Source of the DNA: an uncultured delta proteobacterium
GTDB lineage: Bacteria; Desulfobacterota; WTBG01; CAIYCZ01
DNA: 64,000 nt
Reading direction: 5' to 3'
Assembly: GCA_963803975.1 (NCBI GenBank)
Contig: CAWDOY010000003.1
Coordinates: forward strand, 32,001-96,000
In this document: piece by piece, positions 30,413-40,439 of the stretch
Layout of the letters: each line of letters opens with the position of its first letter
How positions within the stretch are numbered: the stretch's first letter is position 1
Translations under genes and position numbers: made by a program
Notes under the pieces: model-generated
The model's database searches: none
What the model saw: the letters and a program-made list of their open reading frames with translations, nothing else
What the model was told of the DNA's origin: nothing

Positions 30413-31879
30413 TTAAAACCCAAGCTTCCCCGGATTCAGTATCCCCTGTGGATCCATCTCCTTTTTGAGCTGCTTAAGCTTTGAGAAGTAGTGCGGCGCC
30501 TTGGCGTAAACCATTTCGGCCCAGTAGCCGTAGGGCCGGTCAAAAAGAGCCCCCTTATCCTGAAGCATCGAACTTGCTGATTGCCACAGTTTATAAACCT
30601 TGTCCCGCTCGCCGTCATCCGCGCCGCAGTGAAGATCGAGCTCACAGTGTATTGACCTGCCCCGTTCAATTATCGTAAAATAACCGCCAACGTCTTCCGG
30701 GGCATAGCCGGCTGCCCTGGCAGCAGCGGAAACTGCTGCTGCAAGCTCCGGCAGCTTTTTCAAAGGCGCCTTGAACGAAAGATCATGGACTGAACCCTTA
30801 TAATTGAATTTTCTTAAAACTCCCCATGGCCTGAGACTTTCCCTGAGAAAAACTTTTTCTATCTCAGGGAATGCGGGTAGTTCGGTAACTACACGCAAGC
30901 CCAGTTTTTGCCCCATAGCGTACAGCGACTCCTCCTGAATCTGCACCCATTCTTCCGGGAAGTGGGGGAACCCTGCCAGACCGATAACTATTGTCCAGGA
31001 CGGCAACAGCTGTTGTAACTGCTTAAACCTCTCAGATGGCGTGGCAGGAGCGGGGAACCCTCCGGGGATCTGCCACTCCTCATTAAGAAGGGCCGCCAGG
31101 TTAAAGCGATTGAGCGCAAAACACTCAAGCCCTATTTCCTTTCTCTGAATCTGCTTTAATGCCTCGGGGATGTCCTGTAAATTATCAAATGCTATAAAGA
31201 AGAACTTTCGCACAGAGGACAGGTGCTGCGCGCTTATAACCATTTTCGTAACAATGCCCAGCGTGCCCTGAGCTCCTGTCCAGAGCCGGTAGATTGTATT
31301 CAGGCCGGGACCGTAGAGGCCTCCCGGCCTGCCCCCGAGATTCCAGCAGCCGGTACGGAACAGCTCCCCATCGGGCAGTACCATCTCCGTGTCATGGGTG
31401 AGATAATTGCCAAGCTCCAGATGAGCTGCGGCCATCACCACATCCCGCTCCAGATAACTGGTCAAAACAGATCTTCCCGGGGGAATACCAAACGGCATCA
31501 TTACCCGCAGCCCCTTTTTCTCTAATGCGTCCTGCAGCTTTGCATAGGTCACCCCGGGCTCAATGATTACATACAGGTCTTTGTCATTTATCTCTATAAT
31601 GCTGTCCATGCCGGACATATCCAGCACTATTCCTCCATATGCAGGAATTGCGGCACCGTGCAGATTAAGGCCGGAGCTGAAAGGAGTAAGCGGGGTTTTG
31701 GTCCGGTTGGCAAGCCGCACAATCTCCTGTATTGCTGCTACACTCTGCGGCCGGACAATAACATCCGGGCGGCTGGCCTTTACAAAGCTCTGGTCAGCTG
31801 CATAGCGCTCTTTCAGGGCAGGGTCATCAAACACATTGCCAGAACCCGCAATCTGCTCAAGCTGTTTTATCAGGCTCAT
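30413..31879 (-). CDS. FAD-binding oxidoreductase (VAO/PCMH/D-LDH superfamily), copy A
   Basis: PDVIVRPQS, IEPGVTY, GAQGTLGIVT and MDPQGILNPGKL motifs. Confidence 0.88.
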   Translation of the reverse strand: MSLIKQLEQIAGSGNVFDDPALKERYAADQSFVKASRPDVIVRPQSVAAIQEIVRLANRTKTPLTPFSSGLNLHGAAIPAYGGIVLDMSGMDSIIEINDKDLYVIIEPGVTYAKLQDALEKKGLRVMMPFGIPPGRSVLTSYLERDVVMAAAHLELGNYLTHDTEMVLPDGELFRTGCWNLGGRPGGLYGPGLNTIYRLWTGAQGTLGIVTKMVISAQHLSSVRKFFFIAFDNLQDIPEALKQIQRKEIGLECFALNRFNLAALLNEEWQIPGGFPAPATPSERFKQLQQLLPSWTIVIGLAGFPHFPEEWVQIQEESLYAMGQKLGLRVVTELPAFPEIEKVFLRESLRPWGVLRKFNYKGSVHDLSFKAPLKKLPELAAAVSAAARAAGYAPEDVGGYFTIIERGRSIHCELDLHCGADDGERDKVYKLWQSASSMLQDKGALFDRPYGYWAEMVYAKAPHYFSKLKQLKKEMDPQGILNPGKLGF

Positions 31880-31977
31880 AGAAACTCGGGAAAAAAGATT
31901 TTAAGTCTGCTCCCTGGTACGTGTTGAACAGGTACAAGGTGGAGGGAAGCGTCTCCGGTTATCAGCTTGAAGAGATA

Positions 31978-32103
31978 TATTCAGCTCTCGCTTCACTATG
32001 GACAGTACACGTCATTCGCTCAGGCCTGCTTCCCTATGCCGGTCATTCTTGAATAGTATTATTGCTCTACAATAATTTTTCCTTTGAATTCAGCTTCTGG
32101 CGA
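31978..32103. repeat. Direct repeat of about 125 bp, copy 2; contains a dead 5' stub of the GldF-like gene
   Basis: Matches 12125-12249. The stub reads MT/VLSIVKRELN with a 1-nt insertion, then diverges. Confidence 0.92.
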
Positions 32104-32521
32104 ACTTTTTCCGGGAGACAGCCTTTTTACGATATAATCAAATGCTCCTTTTTCGATAAAACAGATGCTTGCCACTGCCCCCAGGCCAATCTTATTAGAG
32201 ACAAATGACCCGTCCACATCAACCATAAAATTGACCGGACTCTGGCAGGACACGGTAATCTTCTTGTGCGGGAATAGAATCTCTATGAGGCTTTTTGATT
32301 CATTTACCCAGATCACCGTAGCCCCCGGCTTAACTGAGAGGCTGGGTGGTATGATCCCCCGGTCAGACTGAATCCGTATAACATGAGCTCCCGCAAGGTG
32401 CTTTTCCGGCATAACTTTTTCGTCCTGAGCCAAACTGCAGTCAATGGTAAAAGCAACAATTGAGATCAGCACTGCTGCAATGAACCAGATTTACTTTCAT
32501 CCCATAATGTTCATAATGCAT
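32059..32521 (-). CDS. Secreted cupredoxin-fold protein lacking Cu ligands, paralog 2 (frameshift near 32490)
   Basis: Clearly homologous to 23649..24098 (C..PV.F.VD..GSF.S.KI.LGAVAS.CFIEKG.FDY). AGGAGG RBS and ATG 32521 are out of frame with the body. Confidence 0.7.
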
Positions 32522-32634
32522 ATCCTCCTGTCTTTTTAAAATATTCATTCTGCCTGCTGATTCAGACAATAGTTGCTCAATCCACTTTCTCGAGTTTTGC
32601 TTTTGCGGAAACACCTGTTTCCCCGTGCTGTATA

Positions 32635-32707
32635 ATAAGTTAAGGGTCATGACTAGTAACAGCACGACTACAATGTGCTGAAACGCCAGTCATGACCCTA
32701 AGCTTAT
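32635..32707. terminator. Long intergenic hairpin (terminator or mRNA-stabilising stem)
   Basis: ATAAGTTAAGGGTCATGACT...AGTCATGACCCTAAGCTTAT (18 of 20 paired) with an inner CAGCAC/GTGCTG stem, downstream of DUF1329 paralog 2. Confidence 0.6.
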
Positions 32708-32764
32708 GTATCTTTTAGAAACAATTTATTGCCTTTATGCCCTCTGCAGATTGAGTTCAAACCA

Positions 32765-34166
32765 TTAATGAGCCTTGCTTGACAAGTACCTCAGGTTGAA
32801 GAGGTTTTCGCTCAAATTGGGCATATTGAGGGTAATGGTATGTGTTGCAATGGTTGCATGCTTGTTGATAACATCAATGATACAGGGGTTCCAGTAATCG
32901 AGCTCCCCGTTGTCCGGACTCCAGCGCCATGCCCAGTCCCAGTACCTTCCAGAGCCGGCCTTTCTGGTCATGCCAGAACATCTGCTGCATGGCAAAGGTT
33001 TCCTTGTCCACATACCAGGTGCGCATCTTGTAAATGTAGGATGGCTCATCATAGGTTATTTTTACCACCCAGACGGGACGGCGCTCCCACCAGTAACGCT
33101 GACTTCTTCCCCCATACTTTTCTTCATATTTAATGGGCCTGGGGTTAAAGGACGGGCAGAGCACCACCGCTTCTCCAAGCAGTTCATACTTTGCCGGGTG
33201 AATAGATACCTTGCTCCAGTATCCTTTCCAGTCCTCCCAGCTGATATCTGAGCCCACCAGCGGGTCCTGGGTGTTGCTTCCGGAGAGGCGCCGGATTCTG
33301 CGCATGGATGGTATATAGGTGACAAATGAGTCTTCTGCTTTGTCATCTTTATAGCGGGTCCGCACTGCTGCAAATCCGCGCAGGTCATACGGATAAAGAG
33401 CCACGATGGAACCTTTTTCATAGATGTCTTCAAAGCCGGGAATTACCGGAAACGGCGGGACCTTGATCCGGCCGACATAATTCTGCCAGTGGAGTTCAAT
33501 CTTTTCCTCCCGCTCCTGTTTCCCATTTCTTCCATAATAGCCGAATCCGAGCGGCATGGAATTCAGGTTATCACCCATGATGGTCAGCCGGTCATAGTTA
33601 TGAACTATCTCTATCGCTGTTTTAGGCTTGGGAAATGGTATGCCGGCAACCCAGCCCCGGAGAATATTTTTATCATCGACTGAGCTGGTGCCGGCATATT
33701 TTTTTGAAGCCTCCATGTATCCCCGGTCATTCCAGGCGTGGGTCGTGGGGACGATTACCATTTCCAGGGGGAAATAATTATAGCCTGCAAATAAACCGGT
33801 GCCCATCATACGGTCTACTTCCCAGTCAAATCCGTAGGGCAATAGTTCGCGCAGCTCTTTTTCATACTGCTTGACATTCTCGGGAGTTATGACCAGCCCC
33901 GGTTTGATGCTCGGCGCCTTGGTATCTTTGGCAACCATGTCAACCGCATTATATCCCAAAAATTCCTCCCACTCTTTGCCGAGCTTTATAGCTTCGGGAG
34001 TGCAGAGCCGTTCAGCCCATTCCTTGTATACCGGGTCGCCCTGCGTTGCAGCAAAGTCTTTCCATGGTTTGACCCATGATGGCAGCTCCTCAGCTCCTGC
34101 TGGAATAAACATCCCCAAAACAAGCAGGAGAGCTATAAAATGTAATTTCGTATGTTGCTTTGCCAT
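32765..34166 (-). CDS. DUF1329 periplasmic protein, paralog 2 (frameshift near 32945)
   Basis: GIPFPKPKTA, YIPSMRRIRR and DQKGRLWK motifs. C-terminus WDWAWRWSP...LRYLSSKAH is in another frame and matches paralog 3. Confidence 0.88.
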
Positions 34167-34181
34167 GACAGTCTCCTTTCC

Positions 34182-35854
34182 TTAAAATTGGTATTTCAAG
34201 CGCAGGTACACCTGAGCGTTTTTCTGAAACAGGCCGAACGATTTCCCGGTATCATGATCACCGTGAATATACATAACACCGAGTTCGGGTCTGAAGTGTG
34301 TACCATAGGCAAGGTCAATCTTGGTTTTTATGGCATAGCCATGCTCTTCGAAATCATACAGAAACAGGAGCTGCGGGACTATGCGTTTGTTGTCATACTG
34401 GGTATTGACCAGGAAGCTGAAATACTTCTGCGTCTTGTGGATGCGCCAGGGGTCAATCCGGTCACTATTGTACGATCCGGGAAGCGGCGGAAGCCGCGTC
34501 TTTGCTCACCTTCTCATTAAAATAGAACGGTGCGTTCACTAACTGGCCATCAAGCCCGAAAATATAGTACATGAAAAACTGGGCGCTGCAGAAGAACGAT
34601 TCACGTGAATTCAGGAACCTGAGATACACCGGCCAGTCAAGCCCAACCATGTACCGGAGCTGATCCTTGTCTTTTTTATAACCGGTTAAACCATATTTGG
34701 GATTGAGTCCGGTCCAGGCCATGTCGCCGATCCTTTTCCCTTCGTTCTGGAACGGCTTTTTGAATTCATACAGCGCCTCTACCCGCAGCACCGGAGCAGT
34801 TTGACCGCCCAGCTTAATCTGTGAAATTTCACGATTAACGGTAAACCCGACAATTCTTCGCGAGCCATAATACCTGTTAAAATTGAGGGTAAGAGCTGCC
34901 CGGTCCCACGGCGGAATGGTCAGGCTCGGGGATTTTGGTTTCAGGACAACATCCGGCTGGGTCCCATAGTAAAAATTTAAACGTAAACAGCCACTCATTC
35001 CAGTTGCCCATGATGCGCATGGCATACTCATTATTCCGTGCGCGTATCCCCTGGGGATGGGTATTATTCACATTAACGCGGGCAAGGTAGGGCAGGTTCG
35101 GCTCATTGGTTGCCCACACGCCACCATCAGCCTCATACAACTCAAGACGGTTCTGCTTTGGTTTGCCAGGGTTGAGAATGAACTCAATCTGCAAATCTCT
35201 AATGCAAAACGGTTCAATCCCCGGGAAATAGGTTGCCTTTAACAGCCACAGGGGGATGCGGGTGTATTCATACCCTTCATCAGAGTCTCTCAGCACCCAC
35301 TCCCGGCGCAGGTCCTGGGGATTGATGAAGTCCATGAGCCGCAGCCCGTCGCTTTCGCCCCAGACCACCTGTTGCCTGCCGATGCGGAAATTGACATGCT
35401 TGCTCTCGATATCAAAATAGAGCTCGCGGAAAAATTCCGCTCCCTGGTCGTTCTTCGTCCATTCCCAGGCGAGGTTGTTTCTGGCACGGGATTTCTGCGC
35501 GGGAGTGTTGTTTGCTTCTTGCCACCAGCGTTTACCACTTTGAATCTGGTAGGCAAGGTCGCCGAACAGTCTGTTTATTCCGTATAATGAAACGCCCTCT
35601 GAAATCTGATAGGTCCACTCAAGTTGCATGGTGCTGTAATCACTGACATTTTTACCGCCAAACTTGGGATCAAAGCCGATTGCAGCTTCCTGCATAAGGA
35701 AACCGTTAATACTGAACGGGCGGCAGAAAATCTGATAGGTATTAGTGCCGCTTGCCGGACCCGCACCGGTATCTGCCTTTTCCTTTGCTGCAGCAAACTG
35801 TAGGGGGAAAGCTATTACTATAAGAGCTACAACAGTAAACTTTAGTTTTTTCAT
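34182..35854 (-). CDS. DUF1302-like outer-membrane beta-barrel, paralog 2 (frameshifts near 34980 and 34495)
   Basis: Signal peptide; FRELY, RIGRQQVVWGESDGLRLMDFINPQD and C-terminal YLRLKYQF*. Confidence 0.82.
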
Positions 35855-35960
35855 GTTCCCTCCTTTTGCTTCGTAGTCTTAACTGCCCTTGAAAGCTACT
35901 CTTTGAAACAACGTGTTTGCTTCAATCACCTCCTTTGCTGGATAAATTTTCCGGGCTTTG

Positions 35961-38360
35961 TTAACTCGCTGTTTGAGATTCCTGGTTCAGTTCATCCAGA
36001 TGAGCATGCCTCCGGATGAATTTTGGTTTTAACCAGTTGATTGCAGCAGGGATAAAGAACAGCGCGCCCAACATATCGAAAAACATAAGAAATGCTATGA
36101 GAAGACCCATCTCTGCATTAAATCGCAGATCAGATATAGCCGGCCACAGAAGAAGCGGGATAATAATAGTGATTGCAGTGATAATCACTCCTTTCCCTGC
36201 AGAATTTAAAGAGGTATGAGTCATCATCCGCCAATCTCCGCGGGTGTTTTTAAACTCTTCTTCCATGCGGCTCAGCAAATAAATTCCATAGTCAACACCA
36301 ACGCCAAGACCGACCGCAGAAACCGGCAGCGTGTTGATGTCCAGCCCGATGTTTTTCAGTACCATATAGGCAAAGGCAACCATGTTGGCAACCAGCAGCG
36401 GCAGGCACAGGATGAGTGCCGCCACCATTGAGCGGTAGGCAATGCCGCAGAATACTACCACGGTAATAAACGCCAGGAGCAGCGTTCCTGTCTGCGACCA
36501 GACAATTTCTTCATTGGTTGCAGCCAGTACGCCACCGTACCCTCCGGCAAACCTGAATTGCACGCCCTCGATCTTCGGCTGGGTCTTGAAGAATTCCCTG
36601 GTTGAATTGATTACCTGCGTGAGGGTATCTCCCAGATGGTTTTTCAAAAAGACGCTGACAATGGTATGCTTGTAGTGCGGATCAACAATGGTCGTGTAGT
36701 CTCCCGGGTCACCGGCCATGCGATAGAAGAACATAAGCTGGCCGATGAGCTTCACGTCATCAGGAACAGCGAGGTAGCGGGCATCCCCCTCATGGAACTC
36801 TTTGTTCATCACCTTCACAATCTTGGTCAGGGACTGGGTGCCGCCGACGATATCCGGGTGCTTGTGGGTGATATAGCGCTCGTAGAGGTCAATCCGCTTC
36901 ATAACTTCAGGCTTCTCAACAGCTCCCTCCTCTCCCTCAACTATGACACTTATCATGTCGGTGCCGGCAGAATCAAACACCTTGTTGATCATCTCGCAGT
37001 CCTTGTTGTACTGGGAGTCAGGCCATAGAATAGGCGAGCCGGGATGGGTGTCGCCGATTTTAATCCCGGTTGAGATGTAGGTTGCACCCAGGCCGATAAT
37101 GATAACCACCAGCAGTATAATCCAGTTTAATCGGCCATAGGTCATTTCACCAATTTCATCAAGCCAGGTCCGTTTGGTTGCAACCGGTGCGTCTTTTTCC
37201 CAGGAAAATGCATACCGGTGCAGGTCTTTGGGCGTCGGCATGTAGGAACACAGTATCGGTCCCAGCACGCCGACAATGAGCAGGATGGAAAGAACCCAGA
37301 AGGAGCAGAGAAATGATATCTTCTGGATCATGGGGATGCGTGCCAGGATCAAAACTGAAAAACCTGCTGCGTCAGTAACAATGGCGGCAAGGCTGGCAAG
37401 AAATATTCCGTCTATTGTCGCTATGGCTGCTTTTGCTTTGTCACCGCAGACATTGAGCTCTTCCAGGTAGCGCCGGGTCACCTGCACCGAGTGGCTCAGC
37501 CCGCGGGCTCCCACCAGCACCGGCAAGACGATCATAAGGGGGTTGAAGTTCACGCCCAGAATTCCTATGAAGCCGAATCCCCAGATGGTGCACAATATGC
37601 CGGCAAACAGGGGAATGATCACACCCACAATGTTTCTGAAAATATAGATAACTGCTGCGATGATAAATAAAAATGTGACGCCGAATATGAGGTAGGTTTT
37701 CGGCATAAACTGGTAAATCCACCCGAGCAGCATGGGGCGGCCGGCAATGTGCAGCGTAGTATTATCATCCTCTTCCTTCTGCTTGAGGCCCTGTATGAAG
37801 TCAAAGAATTTGGTGTAATCGATATCCGGCCAGCAGTCAGCAATCATTAAGGTTGCCTTGCCATCCCGGGACACCATGAAACCGTTATATGCTTCATTGG
37901 TAAAAATGTTGTATTTCAAGCGCTCGATGCCCTCGGGCGTCTTATCAATCTCCGGCCACATCAACGCTGACACGTCAACCGTACCGCCCACGTGACCTTT
38001 CGCCACTTTGCTCTTGCGCTGGGCAATAGAGTACACAAAAGCGCGCCGGACATCCTTGTAAAACAGGATTTCATCGCTGACCCGCTTGATTTTTTCCAGG
38101 GTCTGGACATTAAAGATGTCACCATTTTTTACTTTCAACGCCACCATGACCGTGTTGCTGCCCCCGTATTGCTCCACATACTGCTTATAGAGCTTGATAA
38201 ACGGGTGCTGCGGAGGAATCATTTCTTCAAGGATTACCTCGACGCTCAAGCGTTTGGTAACCCCGTAAATGAAGACCACTGAACATATGCACATGATAAT
38301 CAGGATTATTTTATGATACCGGTAAAAAATTTCACCCAGCGTAGCCCGTTGTTTTGCCAT
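35961..38360 (-). CDS. MMPL/RND-family transporter, paralog 2
   Basis: PPQHPFI, YGGSN, PGSPILWPDSQYN and GLGVGVDYGIY motifs; AGGAGGAG RBS before ATG 38360. Confidence 0.92.
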   Translation of the reverse strand: MAKQRATLGEIFYRYHKIILIIMCICSVVFIYGVTKRLSVEVILEEMIPPQHPFIKLYKQYVEQYGGSNTVMVALKVKNGDIFNVQTLEKIKRVSDEILFYKDVRRAFVYSIAQRKSKVAKGHVGGTVDVSALMWPEIDKTPEGIERLKYNIFTNEAYNGFMVSRDGKATLMIADCWPDIDYTKFFDFIQGLKQKEEDDNTTLHIAGRPMLLGWIYQFMPKTYLIFGVTFLFIIAAVIYIFRNIVGVIIPLFAGILCTIWGFGFIGILGVNFNPLMIVLPVLVGARGLSHSVQVTRRYLEELNVCGDKAKAAIATIDGIFLASLAAIVTDAAGFSVLILARIPMIQKISFLCSFWVLSILLIVGVLGPILCSYMPTPKDLHRYAFSWEKDAPVATKRTWLDEIGEMTYGRLNWIILLVVIIIGLGATYISTGIKIGDTHPGSPILWPDSQYNKDCEMINKVFDSAGTDMISVIVEGEEGAVEKPEVMKRIDLYERYITHKHPDIVGGTQSLTKIVKVMNKEFHEGDARYLAVPDDVKLIGQLMFFYRMAGDPGDYTTIVDPHYKHTIVSVFLKNHLGDTLTQVINSTREFFKTQPKIEGVQFRFAGGYGGVLAATNEEIVWSQTGTLLLAFITVVVFCGIAYRSMVAALILCLPLLVANMVAFAYMVLKNIGLDINTLPVSAVGLGVGVDYGIYLLSRMEEEFKNTRGDWRMMTHTSLNSAGKGVIITAITIIIPLLLWPAISDLRFNAEMGLLIAFLMFFDMLGALFFIPAAINWLKPKFIRRHAHLDELNQESQTAS

Positions 38361-38390
38361 AGCTCCTCCTGTTCTGCCTGTCACGTAGCG

Positions 38391-39527
38391 TTAATTATTT
38401 GCCAGCACCATGTCGAACGGTTTTTCCGGATATTCCATCAGCTCCCATGAATACCCTCCGGTAGCAGCGCGCAGGACCATACCGTTTTCACCCACCGTGA
38501 TTGCTTCCTCTCCTGTTCTGGCAATGAATTTGACTTTATAAAGCCATTTATAATCAATATTTAATTTCATCTCGGTTGGCGACATCCAGTTCTGCAGATA
38601 CGGCTTTTTAAGAAAGGCATAATAGGCGATAATTCCCTGACCCACGGCAAAAGCGTCCTTGCGGATAATATCAGGGCCGCCCCGCCGGAACGTCACGCCA
38701 TAGTAGTGGGTTTTCTTATTGGGGGATTCTGCGATCCAGGTTTTACCGCCGTCAACAGTTTTCAGTATGGTAGCATCAAGCCCGGCAGCAAACCCGAAAT
38801 TCTGGTCATAAAATTCCACATCAAGCAGGGTATTCCCGGTGCCGCTTTTCAGCTTTTCCCAGGTCTTGCCCCCGTCGGCGGTTTTGATCACCGTGCCGTA
38901 CTCACCGACAGCCCAGCCCATCTGGGGATTCAGAAAATAGACGCTGTTGAGGGTGTAGACTTCTTCCTCAGCGCCAAAATTCTCCTTTACGACCTCACCT
39001 TCCTTGAGCTGGGAGATGTCCAGCTCCATGGGTTCGCCGCCGTGGACTTTCTCCCAGTTGCTCCCGCCATCCGTGCTGTGCAGAATGGTCTCATACTGGC
39101 CGACAATCCACCCTTCCTGGGGGGAAACAAATTTTACATCATTATATAAATAGCGCATGCCGGTTGACACCTTTTTCCAGCTTTTGCCGCCATCAGCGGT
39201 CCGCACTACTACCCCGCCATAGCCAACTGCCCAGGCAACGTCAGGGGAAACCGCGCATACCCCTACCAGGTCACTCCCAACGCCGCTGTTCTGGTAGTTC
39301 CATTTCTTGCCTCCGTCAGTTGAAGCAATGATTGTTCCGTACTGCCCAACTGCCCAGCCGCTGCTGTCATTGCAAAAAGATACTGCCAGGAGATGGTCAC
39401 GCAGGCGCCAGGTCTTCACTTCCTCCTCTTCCACGAGACCGGTTGTAATTTTCATATACCAGTAGCTCACCCCGACCACAGCAGCCATAAATATACAGAT
39501 TAGAATCACGCGCGTCCTGAAACTCAT
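38391..39527 (-). CDS. YCF48-like BNR-repeat protein, paralog 2 (N-terminal TM anchor)
   Basis: Repeated GWAVGxYGTxxxTxDGGxxW. Confidence 0.9.
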   Translation of the reverse strand: MSFRTRVILICIFMAAVVGVSYWYMKITTGLVEEEEVKTWRLRDHLLAVSFCNDSSGWAVGQYGTIIASTDGGKKWNYQNSGVGSDLVGVCAVSPDVAWAVGYGGVVVRTADGGKSWKKVSTGMRYLYNDVKFVSPQEGWIVGQYETILHSTDGGSNWEKVHGGEPMELDISQLKEGEVVKENFGAEEEVYTLNSVYFLNPQMGWAVGEYGTVIKTADGGKTWEKLKSGTGNTLLDVEFYDQNFGFAAGLDATILKTVDGGKTWIAESPNKKTHYYGVTFRRGGPDIIRKDAFAVGQGIIAYYAFLKKPYLQNWMSPTEMKLNIDYKWLYKVKFIARTGEEAITVGENGMVLRAATGGYSWELMEYPEKPFDMVLANN

Positions 39528-40192
39528 GCTGGTTCCTCCTTCCCGGTGGTTTACTGCAGATGAAAATGTAATATGGTGTAACGCTCAGTGTTTTGTGATT
39601 ACTGCTCAATACGGCGTATGTACTCCACTCATACTTCGGCATTGAGAAATCCGGATAATATTCGCGCACGATAATTCGCTGCGGCACAATTTTGATGAAA
39701 TAAAAAGCAGCAAGCGCCTGCTCCACTTTTTCCGTGAATTGCTTGGCTGTTAATCCCTTTCGTTCAATTTTTGCCAGCTTCTCAGTGCAGACATAGAGGT
39801 TCCATTTTTTAGCCTTGGTCTTGAACACGCGCGGATTGTTTTTCATGTTTATTAATTCAGCTTTGCCAAAAATCTGGAGACTTTTTTGCAGTTTATAATG
39901 GTCTAAGGGTTGTTGATAGATTGCTGCAGAAACGATAGGATTTCGCTTAATGTTTGCTATTTTAGTGCTTGGTTCGGCGAAGATATAAATGGTCAGACCC
40001 TCGTTGAAAAACTCCAGGGTAGTTGCGCGTGGTACATTGTTATGGCAGGTGGCAAGCACCAGGCAGTTTCTGTGGTGTGGTGCCGCAGGGGTATTTGTCT
40101 AAATTATTACTGGGCAGGCCGCAGGTTGATTTTAAAAATTCTAGTATCTCTTTTTTAACCCGCAGCTTTGATTTTTTCTTCGGTAGTAGCAT
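39397..40192 (-). CDS. Pyridoxamine 5'-phosphate oxidase-like FMN-binding split-barrel protein (frameshift near 40075; 3' end uncertain)
   Basis: VLATCHNNVPRATTLEFF, KIANIKRNPIVS and SLQIFGKAELI motifs. N-terminus MLLPKKK...KEILEFLK from ATG 40192 is in another frame. The tail overlapping YCF48 is probably spurious. Confidence 0.7.
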
Positions 40193-40347
40193 TGCTCACT
40201 TCCCCCTCTCGCCGGGATAAAAAGATTATCTGCAATAAAACAACGTTCATGTTGCGCATGGTTACATAAACTTATAGAGGCCCGTGCAACTGAAACCGGA
40301 GAGATGTCCCTGTGCCTTTTTCCTTTACTATAGGGATTTGAAATGTT

Positions 40348-40391
40348 AAATACGGCAAATGCCGTATTTGTAACATAAGGATACCGTATTT
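40348..40391. promoter_or_regulatory. Candidate NarL-family 7-2-7 binding site plus extra half-site in a divergent promoter
   Basis: Perfect AAATACGGCA-AA-TGCCGTATTT (40348-40369); second half-site TACCGTATTT (40382-40391). Confidence 0.65.
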
Positions 40392-40439
40392 ATAAAAATA
40401 AACTTCAGGGGCAAAAACTACTGCTCAGAAGGGGGATAT

